64,000 nt of DNA from the human T2T-CHM13v2.0 reference genome, Homo sapiens. A program made the position numbers and the translations under genes. The stretch lies in assembly GCF_009914755.1 (NCBI RefSeq), contig NC_060930.1; one strand, 5' to 3'. Below the pieces are notes generated by a model that saw nothing but the letters and a program-made list of their open reading frames with translations, was not told the origin of the DNA and ran no database searches. How positions within the stretch are numbered: position 1 is the first letter of the stretch; every line of letters starts with the position of its first letter. Below, piece after piece: positions 44,415 through 59,744 of the stretch.

Positions 44415-45234
44415 ACAATTAGAACACATGGACACAGGGAGGGGAACATCACACACCGGGGACTGTTGTGGAGTGGGGGGAGGGGGGAGGGATAGCATTA
44501 GGAGATATACCTAATGCTAAATGACGAGTTAATGGGTGCAGCACACCAACATGGCACATATATACGTATGAAACAAATCTGCACATTGTGCACATGTACC
44601 CTAAAACTTAAAGTATAATAATAATAATAATGTCACTCATTATAACATTAAAAAAAGAACCTAGAAAAAAAAGAAAAAAAAACCCAAAGCAGGTAGAGTG
44701 AATAAAATAATAAAGATAAATGCAGAAAACAAAGCAATGGAAAAAATAACAGCAATAGAGAAAGTCAATGAAATGAAGGCCTAGATCTTTAAAAGGATTA
44801 ATAAAATTAACAAACATGTAGGAAGACAAGAAAAGAGAGAACCTAAAAATTACCAATATCCAGGAATGAAACAGTTCCTGCAGATATCAAAAGGGAAATA
44901 AGAGAGCATAATAGACAAGTCTATACACGTAAATTTGACAATTTAGAGGAAAAGTACCAATTTCTCAAAAAGCACAAAGTACTACAACTCCTCCAATGTG
45001 AACAAAATAATTTGATAGGCTAGCAACTATTAAGAAAATTAAATTCGTAATTTAAAAATTCCCCAGAAAGAAATCTACAGTTAAAAATGATGTCACTGGA
45101 AAAGTCTACCAAACATCTAAAGAATTAACACTAATTCTATGTAATCTCTTCCAGAAAACAGAAGAAGGGGAACATTTCCAAATTTATTTAGCAAGCTAGT
45201 GTTATCCTAATATCAACATTAGGCAAACACAGAA

Positions 45235-45322
45235 GAAAGGGAAAAAAGAAGAGAGATAAGAGAGGGAGGAAAGAGACAGAGAAGGAACAGGGAGGGAAGG
45301 AAGGGAGGGAGGGAGGCAGGGC
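45235..45322 (+). repeat. GA-rich simple repeat inside the L1MD
   Basis: (ggaa/ggga)n-like purine run. Confidence 0.8.
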
Positions 45323-45530
45323 AAGACTACAGAACAATGGTGTTCATAAATGTAAATATAAAGTTTTTAGCAGAATATTACCAAATAGAATTCAGCAATA
45401 CACTTTTAAAAACCATACATTATGACCAAGTGCACTTTATTCTAAGGATTCCAGGCAGGTTCAATGTTCAAAAATCAATTAATGTAGTCCACCATACTAA
45501 CAGGGTAACAAAAATCACATGATTATATGA

Positions 45531-46065
<535 letters not shown>

Positions 46066-47938
46066 CTCATTATTCTTATTCAACATATTGCCAGAAGTTC
46101 TAGCCAGCACAATAAGACAAGAAAAAAAAAGGTAAACAGATTAAAGAAGGAAAAATAAAACTATCCCTGTTTGTACATGACATCATTGTCTAAATATAAA
46201 ATATCAAGGCATCTATGAAAATATCCCCAGAACTAATAAATGAGTTAAACAATGTCACAGGATATAAAATAAATGTACAAAAATCAATTACATTTCTATA
46301 TAGCAGCAATCAACATGTGGACAGCAAACTAAAAATACAGTGCCATTTACAATCACTCAAAATATTAAACACAGTGATAAATTGAATAAAACATATACAC
46401 AGTTGTATGCTGAAAGCTACAAAATTTTGATGGAAGAAATCTATGACAAAGATCTAAATAGAGTGTGTTCATATATCAGAATACTCAACATAATAAGATA
46501 CCAATTGTCCTCAAATTGATATACAGTTTTAACACAATTACTATCAAAATCCCAGCAAATTTTTTTGTAGATACATACAAGATTATTCTAAAATGTATAT
46601 GGAAAATCAAAAGAGCCTTAGTAGATAAAATAACTTCAAAAAACAGGAATACAGTGGGAAGAATGGAATTATCTGCCTTTGAGAATTATAGTATAACTAC
46701 TGCAATCAAGTGGAGGTACAAACACATAGATCTGTGTGGAACAGAATAGAGAATATAGAATTAGAGCCACACAAATATACCCAACTACTGCTTGACAAAG
46801 GTGCAAAAGTTATTTAATGGGAGGAATAGTGTTTTCAACAGGAGGGGCTAGAGCAATTGGATATTCATAGGTGGCACACACAAAAAATCTCTAGCTGAAC
46901 TTCAAACTAAAACTTTTATAACAAAAAAAAAACAAAAAAGGAGAAAGAAAATCTAAAATCATCTAGAGATCATCTAGGGGTAGGCAAATATTTCTTAGAC
47001 TTCACACCAAAAGCATGACCCATAAAATAAAAATATTGATAAATTGTACTTTACCAAAGTTTAAAATATTTTTGTCTGTGAAAAGTCATGTAAAAAGGAT
47101 AAAAATGGAAGCTATAGACTGGCATAAAAGATTTTCAAGTCATATAGCCAATAAAAGGCTAGTATCTAAAATATATTTAAAAACTCTCAAACAACATTTA
47201 AAAAATCAAATTATCAAATGGGCAAAAGATATAAACAGACTTTTCACGGGGGAAGATATACAGACATTTATTTTCATAAGCTATTAGGGAAATGCAAATA
47301 AAAAATACAATGAAATATCACTATATACCTATCAGAATGCTTAAAATTTAAAAAGTGACGGCACCAATGATGCAAACAAAACAGATCATTCAAAAAATGC
47401 TCATGGAAACTAAAATGGTATAGCTACTCTGAAAACAGTTTGGCAGTATCTTTAAAAACATTGTTTTTGTTTGTTTGTTTTGGGAAACAAGAAAACAAAA
47501 CAAACTACCCTCCAACCCAATTGCACTCCTGGGCAACTGCTCTGCAGAAATGAGAATTTAAGTTCAAACAAAAAAGCTGTACACAAACATTCGTAGTTGC
47601 TTTATCCCTAATAGGCAAAAATTGAAAACAACTCAAATGTTTGAATGATTAAACAAACTCTAATACGTCCATTCCACGGGGTACTGCTCTGCAAAAAACA
47701 ACAAACTACAGAAACAGACAACACCTTTGATGAAGAGCTGGAGAATTATGCTGAGGTTTTAAAAAGCCAATCCTAAAGGGTTGCATATTATACAATTCCA
47801 TTTATATAATATACATGAGATTAAAAATTACAAGGAGACAGATTAGTGGTTGCCAGAGGTTTAGAATGAGGAAGGGATGGGTGGGGCTAAAGTAGGTGAG
47901 GCTATAAAAGGACAACTTGAGGGATACCGTGGTAATAG

Positions 47939-50330
<2,392 letters not shown>

Positions 50331-52518
50331 AGAAATATTCTGTATCTTGGCTATATCATTGTTAATATCCTGATTACGATATTATACTATAGTTTTGCAA
50401 GCTGTTACCATTGAGGAAAACTTGGCAAAGGGTATGTGGAATATCTCTGTATTATTCTGTACAATTGAATGTGAATCTACAATTATCTCAAAATTCTTAT
50501 TAAAAATATATGAAGCAAATTATAAGATAATTTGACATTTTATTTTTTATGTTAGATTTGTCATTTCCCAATGATGTTCATGCTGGAATTCATAGAGATA
50601 TGCATATAGTTTTCACTTGTAGAACACTCTTTTACATTAATTAAGTGATATAATACACTCTCAAAAGTTTTTGGAACCATAAAATCCTATTAAACATGGG
50701 AGTGTCTCCCAAGGATTTTATATTTTAGATATTTCATTGTATATTCACAGTAGTCAAATGACATTTCTCTTTATGTCCATTGTGAAGTGAGGAAAACTGG
50801 AGTTAGAAAAATTGTGTCATCAAGGTAATTTAGTGTAATTAGGTAATTTAGTGTAATTAGTTAATAAGCCAAATCGGATCAGAATCCCAGTTTTATAGAA
50901 TCTCTGTGCATAGTTGCCAACACCAGAGTAGGATATTTTGCTGGTAGGAGCATAAAATTGTACAGCTCCCATGAAAACCAATTTGGCAGTTTATTTAAAA
51001 ATTAAACATGCAACTACCATAGGACTGGAGGGTAAATGTTAGAGAGTAGAGAAAGAGGATAATAAGAGCCATTCTAATTCTAGTGCATATGTGAAAAGGA
51101 CAGAGAAGAAAACTAGAGCAAGAGATCAGTCATAACCATCTCCAAGGGAGTTGGATATCAAGGATGTGAAAACATCCACATGGATCAGGGGAAAATATAA
51201 GACCATGAGTGACAACACCCTACTTCCTTGCACAAGGCGTAGAGAAGAGAGCAAACTTTTCTGAGATGGCAGGCACTGAATACAATGCTACAGTCAAACT
51301 GACAGCATGGGGCAGTTTACACATATGAAACAGGTGCCTAGTGGATAAGCCTTGCAGAACCTTACAACTCCAGAATAGTGCACAGGTCATTGCCTTGAGA
51401 AGGGCATGGAAGCTCTAGGAGAGTCAGAGTTCTGGGGCAAGTCAAAGACCTGGATAGATCACAAGCTAGCTCCCATAAACCTTGCAGTCAGAGACAAGGA
51501 TAGTGACTGTGCTTCAGCAACAAGTGTTGGAGTGATGTCCAAGAGAAACAAAAGACATCAGCCCCCATGACGAACACCATTTCCAGAAGTCCAGAGATGA
51601 GACAAGACAACCTATTCCAAACTGGCAGTACCTTAACTGAGACCAAGGAAGATAAGAAGATGCATGTTGATGCATGCCCATGGATCCATGGTATGTTAAC
51701 TTTCCCCCGCACTAAACACCACTCTGGGGAGGAGTAAGAGAAAGGAAGTTTCCTTTAGAAAGAAAAAAAAAAAAAAAAAACCTCAAGATATGTGAACTTT
51801 GATTTGCCTCAGAAGTTACCCAAATAAAATTAAGTATTTATCTGAAAGACTTCATCTTAAGTCAAAGAAGATCTAATTATATTTACTTGGAAAAATATCT
51901 CTTCATTCCCCATAAGGTATATGAAGTTTCTGGAGCAAAATGACAAATGAAACAAACCAACATTATTTTCTGAACATTTTATGAGATACTTTGCTAAACC
52001 TGAAATAATCTACAAATATGTGTGATACCGGGTTCCTGTCCTAAAGAAGTTTGTAATAGGTTTCAAGTGACAATACCTGTATTTTACTAAAGATTTGGCC
52101 AAATAATTAAAGCAACAAACAAACAAAATACGTGGCATGCTTTGCTTGATGCCCTCTAACAATGGCCACTGCTAAATGCAACAAGTACCAGGCTACAAGT
52201 GGGAAGGGAGGTTTAAAGCTCAACCTCTTTGTGCTTGTCAGGATAAACCACCCTGGTGAAGAGGAAAACTTAACCTAATAAAAATAATTTTCCACTATCA
52301 CTTAGTTTACAGGTAATCACTCCTTAAAAGAAATCACTTACTGGTCCTTGAAGCTCTAGAATTTCTCCATGTGTATGTCTGTATTTCAGATATATACTAA
52401 AGCCTCAGGGAAAGTAGAGGAAAACCACCAACAGTGACACATCTTCCTAGGACCAGATATGCTCCTGAGTACACACCTAGGTTGTTCTCAGGCAAATGAC
52501 TTTGACAGCAATAATTCC

Positions 52519-52519
<1 letters not shown>

Positions 52520-52551
<32 letters not shown>

Positions 52552-52560
52552 TTAATAATA
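52520..52560 (+). repeat. (TAA)n microsatellite
   Basis: Directly visible. Confidence 0.9.
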
Positions 52561-52739
52561 CAGGGAAATTGCAATCATTTTCCCCATAAAGTAACAGTTT
52601 GGCAGAATCTGACAGGAAGAATTTGATGCAAATGTATAGAGATAGATGGTATCACAAGATGTAAACCCAATTTTTAACCACAAATATTGTGTCCAACAGA
52701 TAACTCTGACCCATCCTCCATTTTCAACTACCCCTCAAC

Positions 52740-53690
52740 CACTAATAACTCCGAAATTTATATGCACTTCGCAAAACTCCCTTCTGAGATCTAACCCAAT
52801 CTCTTTATTTGATATTGCCACTCAGACGTGTCTCAAGCAACTCATCTAATATGTTCAAAATTGAATTGTTTTATTCTTTTCCCCAAAATTTCCTTCTCCA
52901 GTTTTCTCTATCTCTCACCATCAATCACCCAGGTGTTCACAATGCAGGAATAATATTTGACACTCCCCTTTTTTACATATTTAAATCTATTATTGAGTTA
53001 TACCACTTTCACATTAAAAGTAGGACTTAAATCCACCTGGTTTTCTCTATATTCACCACTAGCATTCTGGTCTAATCCACCATCAATTCTCTTCTGAACT
53101 TATACCAGCCTCACAGATCTTCTTAAGTCCCAAATAGGTCTCCCAATTCATTCTTTATAACTATTAAAATAATCTTTTAAAAACATTATCAGTCCTCTGC
53201 TCAAACGTCTAAGTGGATTTTCATTGACCTTGGATGGAATCTAAGCTCCTTAGCATTGCCTTTAAGAGCTTTTATGATGAGACCCTACCTTCCTTTTCAC
53301 CTTGTTTCCTCCCTCACCTCCTTGGCTTAGCCAGGCTGGCCTTCTCGAGGTCCACCAATGGTCCAGGCACTTTTCCCTCCCAGGGTCCCTTTACAAAGGC
53401 TGCCCTTCTTCCACTCTTCACCTGACTAATTTTAAATCAAATACCAGGTTGCAGTTTAACTCCCCGTTATAGAGCAGGTCTTTCCTGACCCTGCATTATA
53501 AACTCTAATATTTTTCTCTAAGGCAAGTTTTCCTTGATGTATAATTATTTGTTTGTGTGATTATTTATTTGTCTTTCGAATTAGTTTAAATTCTATTAGA
53601 GTAGGGACAGCGTTTTGTATACTATTTCAATTCCTCAGTGTGGCACAAAGAAATTTCTCAATAAATGTTTAATAAATAAATGAGTTAATT
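52740..53690 (+). mobile_element. L2 LINE 3' portion
   Basis: aatatgttcaaaattgaa, atatttgacactccc, cctctgctcaaa, ggcacttttccctcccagggtccc, ending tggcacaaagaaatttctcaataaatgttt. Confidence 0.8.
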
Positions 53691-56419
53691 AACAATAAAA
53701 TAATAAAGTGCCACCCGAGATGGGTAGAAGTGTCAATTTAAAAAGATAAGCAAATTAAAATGCCATAAAACTTTCCTATCCTGAAATTTAGGACACCAAC
53801 ACATATCCAGCTTCTTTAAAACCTGTCTGAAACCCAATCAGTGAATATTAAATGAATGAATAGATGATCAATGGCACATTTGCAAGATGCCCAAATATAT
53901 GCAAATATTAGGAGACTATTTTCCACAACCAGCACAAAACTTAGTCAACTTGGTAACCCATATTAACATATTAGTAGTAAAACATGTTGTATGGCTCTAT
54001 TGAATATACATATTGTTTTTGTTACAATTTTTTAAATCTTTGTGAAAAATACATTTCAAATCAACCTTTTGTGGAGCTCTTGATGAGAGTCCCACAGAGT
54101 AAAAGGTGACATTCATGCTTAGATATCAAGATGTTTCTCTAGAGGGAAAGACAATTCTAGTAAAAACTTCTTCTCATAAATTATAAGCAATACTTACAGA
54201 AGAGTTAACATATTAGTGAATATAATAAAATCATAGGACAGCATTTATATTTCACTCATGAATACTGATATTAAAACTGTGCTAACATGATAAAATAACT
54301 TTTAACACTGAATCAATTAGAATGCAGAAAGTAATTTAATTCAAAAAGAAAACTGAGTTCTTTTTCAGAGGATTGTTTCCATTAGTAAAGAAAGAATCAA
54401 CATTTTAAAGTGCACAAAATGATAATAATTTTGCCTTAAGCCCACTATTTAACCAATACAAATCTCCTAATTAAAGATAATTCCAGCATTTTAAAGATCA
54501 AAGCTTCTCTGCTGGTTGATTAGTTTCTAGGTCCTAATTTTACACTCTTAGTCAAACCATACAGTCGTTAAATTAAAAAAAAAAAAAAAGAAGATTGCCT
54601 TTTCCAACAAAGAAAAATTAACAGTTGTCATTACATGAGATCACATTTCCAGTAAGTGATACATACTAATCAAATTACTTATTAATCATCCCACTCCATG
54701 CCCTATAGCTGGACCTCTCTGCTTTACTTAACGTGTCAACAGCCTTTACGCTGGACACATCAAGCTGTGCAAATGCCACTGTTTTCATGAAAGACACTCC
54801 AAATCCCAGAATATGTCAAAAATATCTCCCCTTATACTATTTCATCTTTTAAAATGAAAGAGTCATAGCTCAGGAGGGATTATTTCAAAATAGCTCTTCT
54901 AAATCCATAATTCTGTAAATGAGAAAACAAACTATTTTCTTTAAATCACACAGTTATTTTTGTCTTATTCCTAACTTACAGATACAGAAATTGGGACTCA
55001 AAGAGAGTAGCAAATTTCTCAAGACCACTCCAGCCAGGATTCTATTTGGCTCCAAAATGCATTCTTTATTTTTCTCCAATACTAATTGCCTCCTGAAATG
55101 TTACCTCACCCTTCTTTTCCCAGGTCCAAGGACTCTACTTCTTCTTCACATGGAACTTGCAAATCTTCTTTAACTGATTTAATTTATTCTTTGTTATACT
55201 CTCTTCAAACTGTTTCATAAAATTATTTAAAAAATTTTAATTGACATCAAGATATACATATTCTACTGAGGCCAGTGGCATCTGTTAACAGCAAAATCCA
55301 TGTTACTAACCTTGCACAGCATCCAGGACAAAGAGCTTGGCACTTATCAAACACTTTTTGACGTGATTGATGATTCTAAGACCTCCTAGAAGATTTAAGA
55401 AAGACTCAGCACTTGGAGCTTCCACAAATTCTGACATGTAAGGGGATTCACAGGCTCCAAACCAATTCTGAAACTCCATGATACCAATTCAATTTCTTAC
55501 AATGTGAATATTCTCAAGTTTCCTTCTTTTTTCTTTATAGTGAAAGTTTTAGGAAGTGTATATGAATTAATAAAAATCCTGGGCTCTATGAAGCCAATCT
55601 AGCTTTGAACATGCTTTTATTGATCTTTCAGGTAAATCTACTGTGAATGTTATGAGCCAAGCCCAGATCACCAACTTCAAACAGAATTGGAGGTACCTGT
55701 AGAGAGTTACGCTGGCAGACAGGCTTTTACTAAAGCCAGCAGAGCAGAGGTGAAGATAAAAAAAAAAGTTGCTTAATTAACATTTTAGATGTGTTGTAGG
55801 TTGAATGATTTAAGGCAGCTTATTAAACTTTCCCTGTTGCATCCTGGGGGTATCATTTTTCTTTCTTTTCTATTTTACAGATGTAATCAATTTGTTTCTA
55901 ATATCAGAACACATTAGCATAAGGAAGATTTCTAATATGCTGGAGTTCTTTTTATATTCATTCTTATGAGTCAATTGTCTTGCTTGAAGATTCCAAACAA
56001 TGTTACTACAGCCCATACAATGAAAAAACATTTTCTAGATTCTTGCTTCTTAGACACAGAAAGCATCCCCAACACAAAAGGAGATATTTCCATTCCCTAT
56101 TTTGCATATGGATGAAGGGAACAATAACATGATTACCCATTCTTACCATTTCAAAAATTCATACTCTAATATCCATATGGAGGGGCTGTGATCATTCCTG
56201 TATATTTTCATGTGTCCAAACAGGTTCAACTCATATGTGGTGGGACTCTAGAGATATAAACCATTAGCATCTATGTCACATGGCCTTGCTTCTTGGCCTA
56301 GACCTAATTTTGAATCTGCACTCTCTAAATAAGCCATAAAGTTACTTATAAGTTCCATATAGAGAAAATTTTGCCAATTATGCTAGCTCAAAATAGACTC
56401 ATGAAAATCTCAACCCAGG

Positions 56420-56590
56420 GATATGCATCCATGTGGTTAAGCACAAGGGTCTTTGGTCCAGATGCTTAAGTTTGGAACTTGGCTTCATGGCAACCCATAG
56501 TGTGTGACCTTATGCAATTAACTTTATCTCCCTCAGCTTGAGTTTCCTCAACTGTAAAATGCAGATAGTAATAGTAACAACTTCATAGTT
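56420..56590 (+). mobile_element. MIR SINE
   Basis: gtggttaagcac...tgtgtgaccttatgcaattaac...gagtttcctcaactgtaaaatgcagatagtaatagta. Confidence 0.8.
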
Positions 56591-56699
56591 TTCTTCTTTT
56601 TTAACAAGAGCTGTAGCATAACCTCAAGAAAAATACTGAGAATATTTTTATTTTCTCATTCCAAGCTATATTTTGATGGCTCTACTAAAAGTAGACAAT

Positions 56700-58450
56700 C
56701 AATACAATTTACATTTTTAAAAAGGAAAGTTGCATATCACCTACATTCAAATACTATCAACTCTTGGAAAGTCTTATGTCATCCACCTTCTCCTCCCTTT
56801 TCATATTATTATGGAACACAACACTTTTCTGTATTTTAGCATATATCTCTAAAAAATAAAAACTCCTCAAAAATAAAAGTCGCATAACTACAATAACACT
56901 ATACCACCAAAAACAGCCTTAATAGATTCAAACATTCAGTAAATGCTCAAATGTCTTATCATTTTATAAAAATGTTATTTGTATCAGAATCCAAATAAGG
57001 TCAACATATAACAACTAGACAATATGTCTCTTACGACCTGTTTAATCTATAGCTTTTTCCCCCTATCGTATTTACATTTCATTGGTTGACAAAACTAGGT
57101 TTTGTTCTCTAGATTTTCCCATAGTCTGGATTTTTATGGTTGTATCCCATGAAGCTTTGTTTTGTTTTGTTTTAAATATGTTCCTCTGACTTGTATATTT
57201 CTTATAAATTTGTAGTTGGATGTAAAAGGTTTTATTAGATTCAGGGTTGATATTTTTGGCAAGGATATTTTCTTAGAAGTTGGTACACTCCTCTATTAAG
57301 GGGCTGTATATTTGCTTGTGTTTAAAAAAAAGATTCAAAGTTGACAGGTAACACTGCAAGGTTTGATTGTGTACAATATGTATTGAAGTAAGTATGCATT
57401 GTGGAATGGTTATATGTAGCTAATTAACAAATTCATTACCTCACAAGGTTATTATTTTTTGTAGTTGGTTGTCTCTCTTTCCATGATGTTAGCAACCACT
57501 GATATGTAATACCTAGATCCATTAATTCATTAGGTGTTGCAAAATATTGATATTTTAGTTTTGTCATTTCATCTTCATTAGGTATAGGCTAACATAGATC
57601 TATAAGGAAAAATGTCCCTTCATCTGCTATTTACTAACCCAGTAGTACATTTGTATAGAAAAGGCAAAATAAATATTCAGTTCTAATCTTCGTTTATCAA
57701 TCTTCAAAATATTTCATCCTCCAAGGATGACCAATTATTTTTTAATGTATCAGTAAGAACGAATGAATCTGAACAGTTTATATGTTTAAATATATGAAGT
57801 AATCATCCTTACTGATGCAGAAGTTTTCCATGTTTGGGCACAGGAAACCTTTCAAGTTGTCTCACTGGTCTTTTTATACAAACCTAGTAGTCTTTGGTAG
57901 CTTCCTTGACATCAGCCATAATGATATGTTGAAGCCCATCTTGTACATTTCTACACCAACCATATCTCCAAGGAGATCCTGTTCATTTTAGTAGTAAATA
58001 GTATAGTTGATAGGATTTTCTGCAATATTTTCTCTCCCTTTCCCTATATGTACCTACATGTATGCGTACATATGTAAAACTCTACCATTTGAAAGTTGCA
58101 ACATCATGACATTTTACCCTTAAATATTTCAGCACACATCTTCTAAAAATAAGAACCAGAAAAAAGTGCCATCATGACCTAACAAAATAAATAATTGTTC
58201 TAAAATATCATATATTTAACTTATATTCAGGTATCTTCAATTCTCCCAAGATAATCTTTTATAGCTGTTTTATTTTGACTAGGATCCAACCTAAATCTGC
58301 ACACTGCATTTGGCTGTGTCTGTTTAGTCTCTTGTACCCTAGAACAATTTTGATTCTTATTTTTATCTCACCAATTTTTTCAAGAGCCCAGGATAATTGT
58401 CCTGCAGAATGTTCTACCTTTTGGATTTTTCTATTGTTTCACCATGATAT
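56700..58450 (-). mobile_element. Old L1MC/ME 3' regions (antisense) with a small L1MA 3' fragment at about 57330-57460
   Basis: cagaatccaaataaggtc, gattcagggttgatatttttggcaagg, ggatccaacctaa; cattgtggaatggtta...cattacctcac. Confidence 0.65.
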
Positions 58451-59059
58451 TCAATTTCCTTCAAATAATGACTCTCCAAAAAATTTTCACCTTGAGCTCT
58501 TGAGGTTAGCAGTACATCTATCTAAAACCTTTCCTGAAGCAATATTGATTTTCTCTTCATTGAAAGAACATTTGAGTTATATGACTATCATAGTGACATA
58601 GTATTATTTGCTCTCTTTATGAGGTACAGAGTATTCTAAAATCCATATTTCCTGTATATATAATGGTTTAAGGAATGTAGTACAAAAAAGAATATTATAT
58701 TGAACATTTAGGCAAAAGTTTACACCTGTGAATGTCCACTCATAAAAGACCCCTTACCTGGCTATGGGGAGGTGTCAAAACTCTTGGTAGATGTTTAGTA
58801 GAAGCAAAGATAAGAGAAGTTACAGTGTCATCTTCCAGAATCCCCTCTATTATGAACCCGTCTCTAATATTTTATTTTAAATATGTGATTATTATTTTTG
58901 GTTAAATGTGACTTGCTCCCCTTCAGACCAACAGAAAGCTTTTTCTAGTTGGTCTCCTGAGCTTCCTCTCTTCCCTATATTATGAAAATAAAAAAAGTAC
59001 CTCATTTTAATCAATTCTAAGCTACATAATAAGGCCATATATTCACATCTTTTAATATC

Positions 59060-59215
59060 TCTTAAAGCATTTGTTTAAAGCATTGCTGATAAGAATTATT
59101 GTAAAGCTTCTTAAACTCAGATTCCTCATATTGACCCCAAGGGAAAGGACCTGAGAAAAACATTTTTAACAAGTCTTCTAGATGCCAATCACAGACAAGC
59201 CTAGGAAATACTGCT
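59060..59215. mobile_element. MER5-type element remnant
   Basis: gcttcttaaactcagattcc...ggacctgagaaaaacatttttaacaagtc...ggaaatactg. Confidence 0.5.
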
Positions 59216-59248
59216 CTTTTGTGTAAATACATCTTAATCACAAAAATT

Positions 59249-59306
59249 CACCTGCCTTGGCCTCCCAAAGTGCTGAGATTACAGGCGTGAGCCACCGCGA
59301 CCAGCC
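59249..59306 (-). mobile_element. Isolated Alu 5' end (about 58 bp)
   Basis: cacctgccttggcctcccaaagtgctgagattacaggcgtgagccaccgcgaccagcc. Confidence 0.9.
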
Positions 59307-59309
59307 AAA

Positions 59310-59525
59310 ATCCAGAGTTCTGAAACCACACTACCTGAAGTCAAACTTCAGCTATTAATATTTTCCTAACCAGCACAGAGACCATGTGTGTTAGAGTCTC
59401 TGGAACTCTGCTTCCTCATCTTTATAATAATGAAAAGAAAACAGAGCCTGCCTCATAGATGACAGTCAAGAAGGATACTCATATTAAATGCTTAGTACAA
59501 CCTCAGTAAATGCTAGTCATTAATT
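59310..59525 (+). mobile_element. MIR SINE
   Basis: ctgcttcctcatcttt...cctgcctcatag...ctcagtaaatgctag. Confidence 0.65.
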
Positions 59526-59744
59526 ATTATAATTATGATAATTTTTTCCTGTAAGATGACTCAATTATTTTTTGTTTTGAATTGACATGTGAAACATTAG
59601 TTATGATTCACTCCAAGAGCTGTATCCCTGCTCTAAAAGGGTACACTGTTTGCTCAGGTGACTAGGCACATTTTGATGGTATTTTGCTCATTTAAAAATA
59701 TGTCACTTGACAGGCATAATTATCTCTAAATATATGAAGAATAG

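Noticed and set aside
51030-52010. Probable ancient LTR
   Set aside because: LTR-like texture, but I could not assign a family or boundaries.
52330-52420. Possible minus-strand exon ending acca|gtaagtg
   Set aside because: Good donor but weak, ambiguous acceptor and no convincing coding frame.
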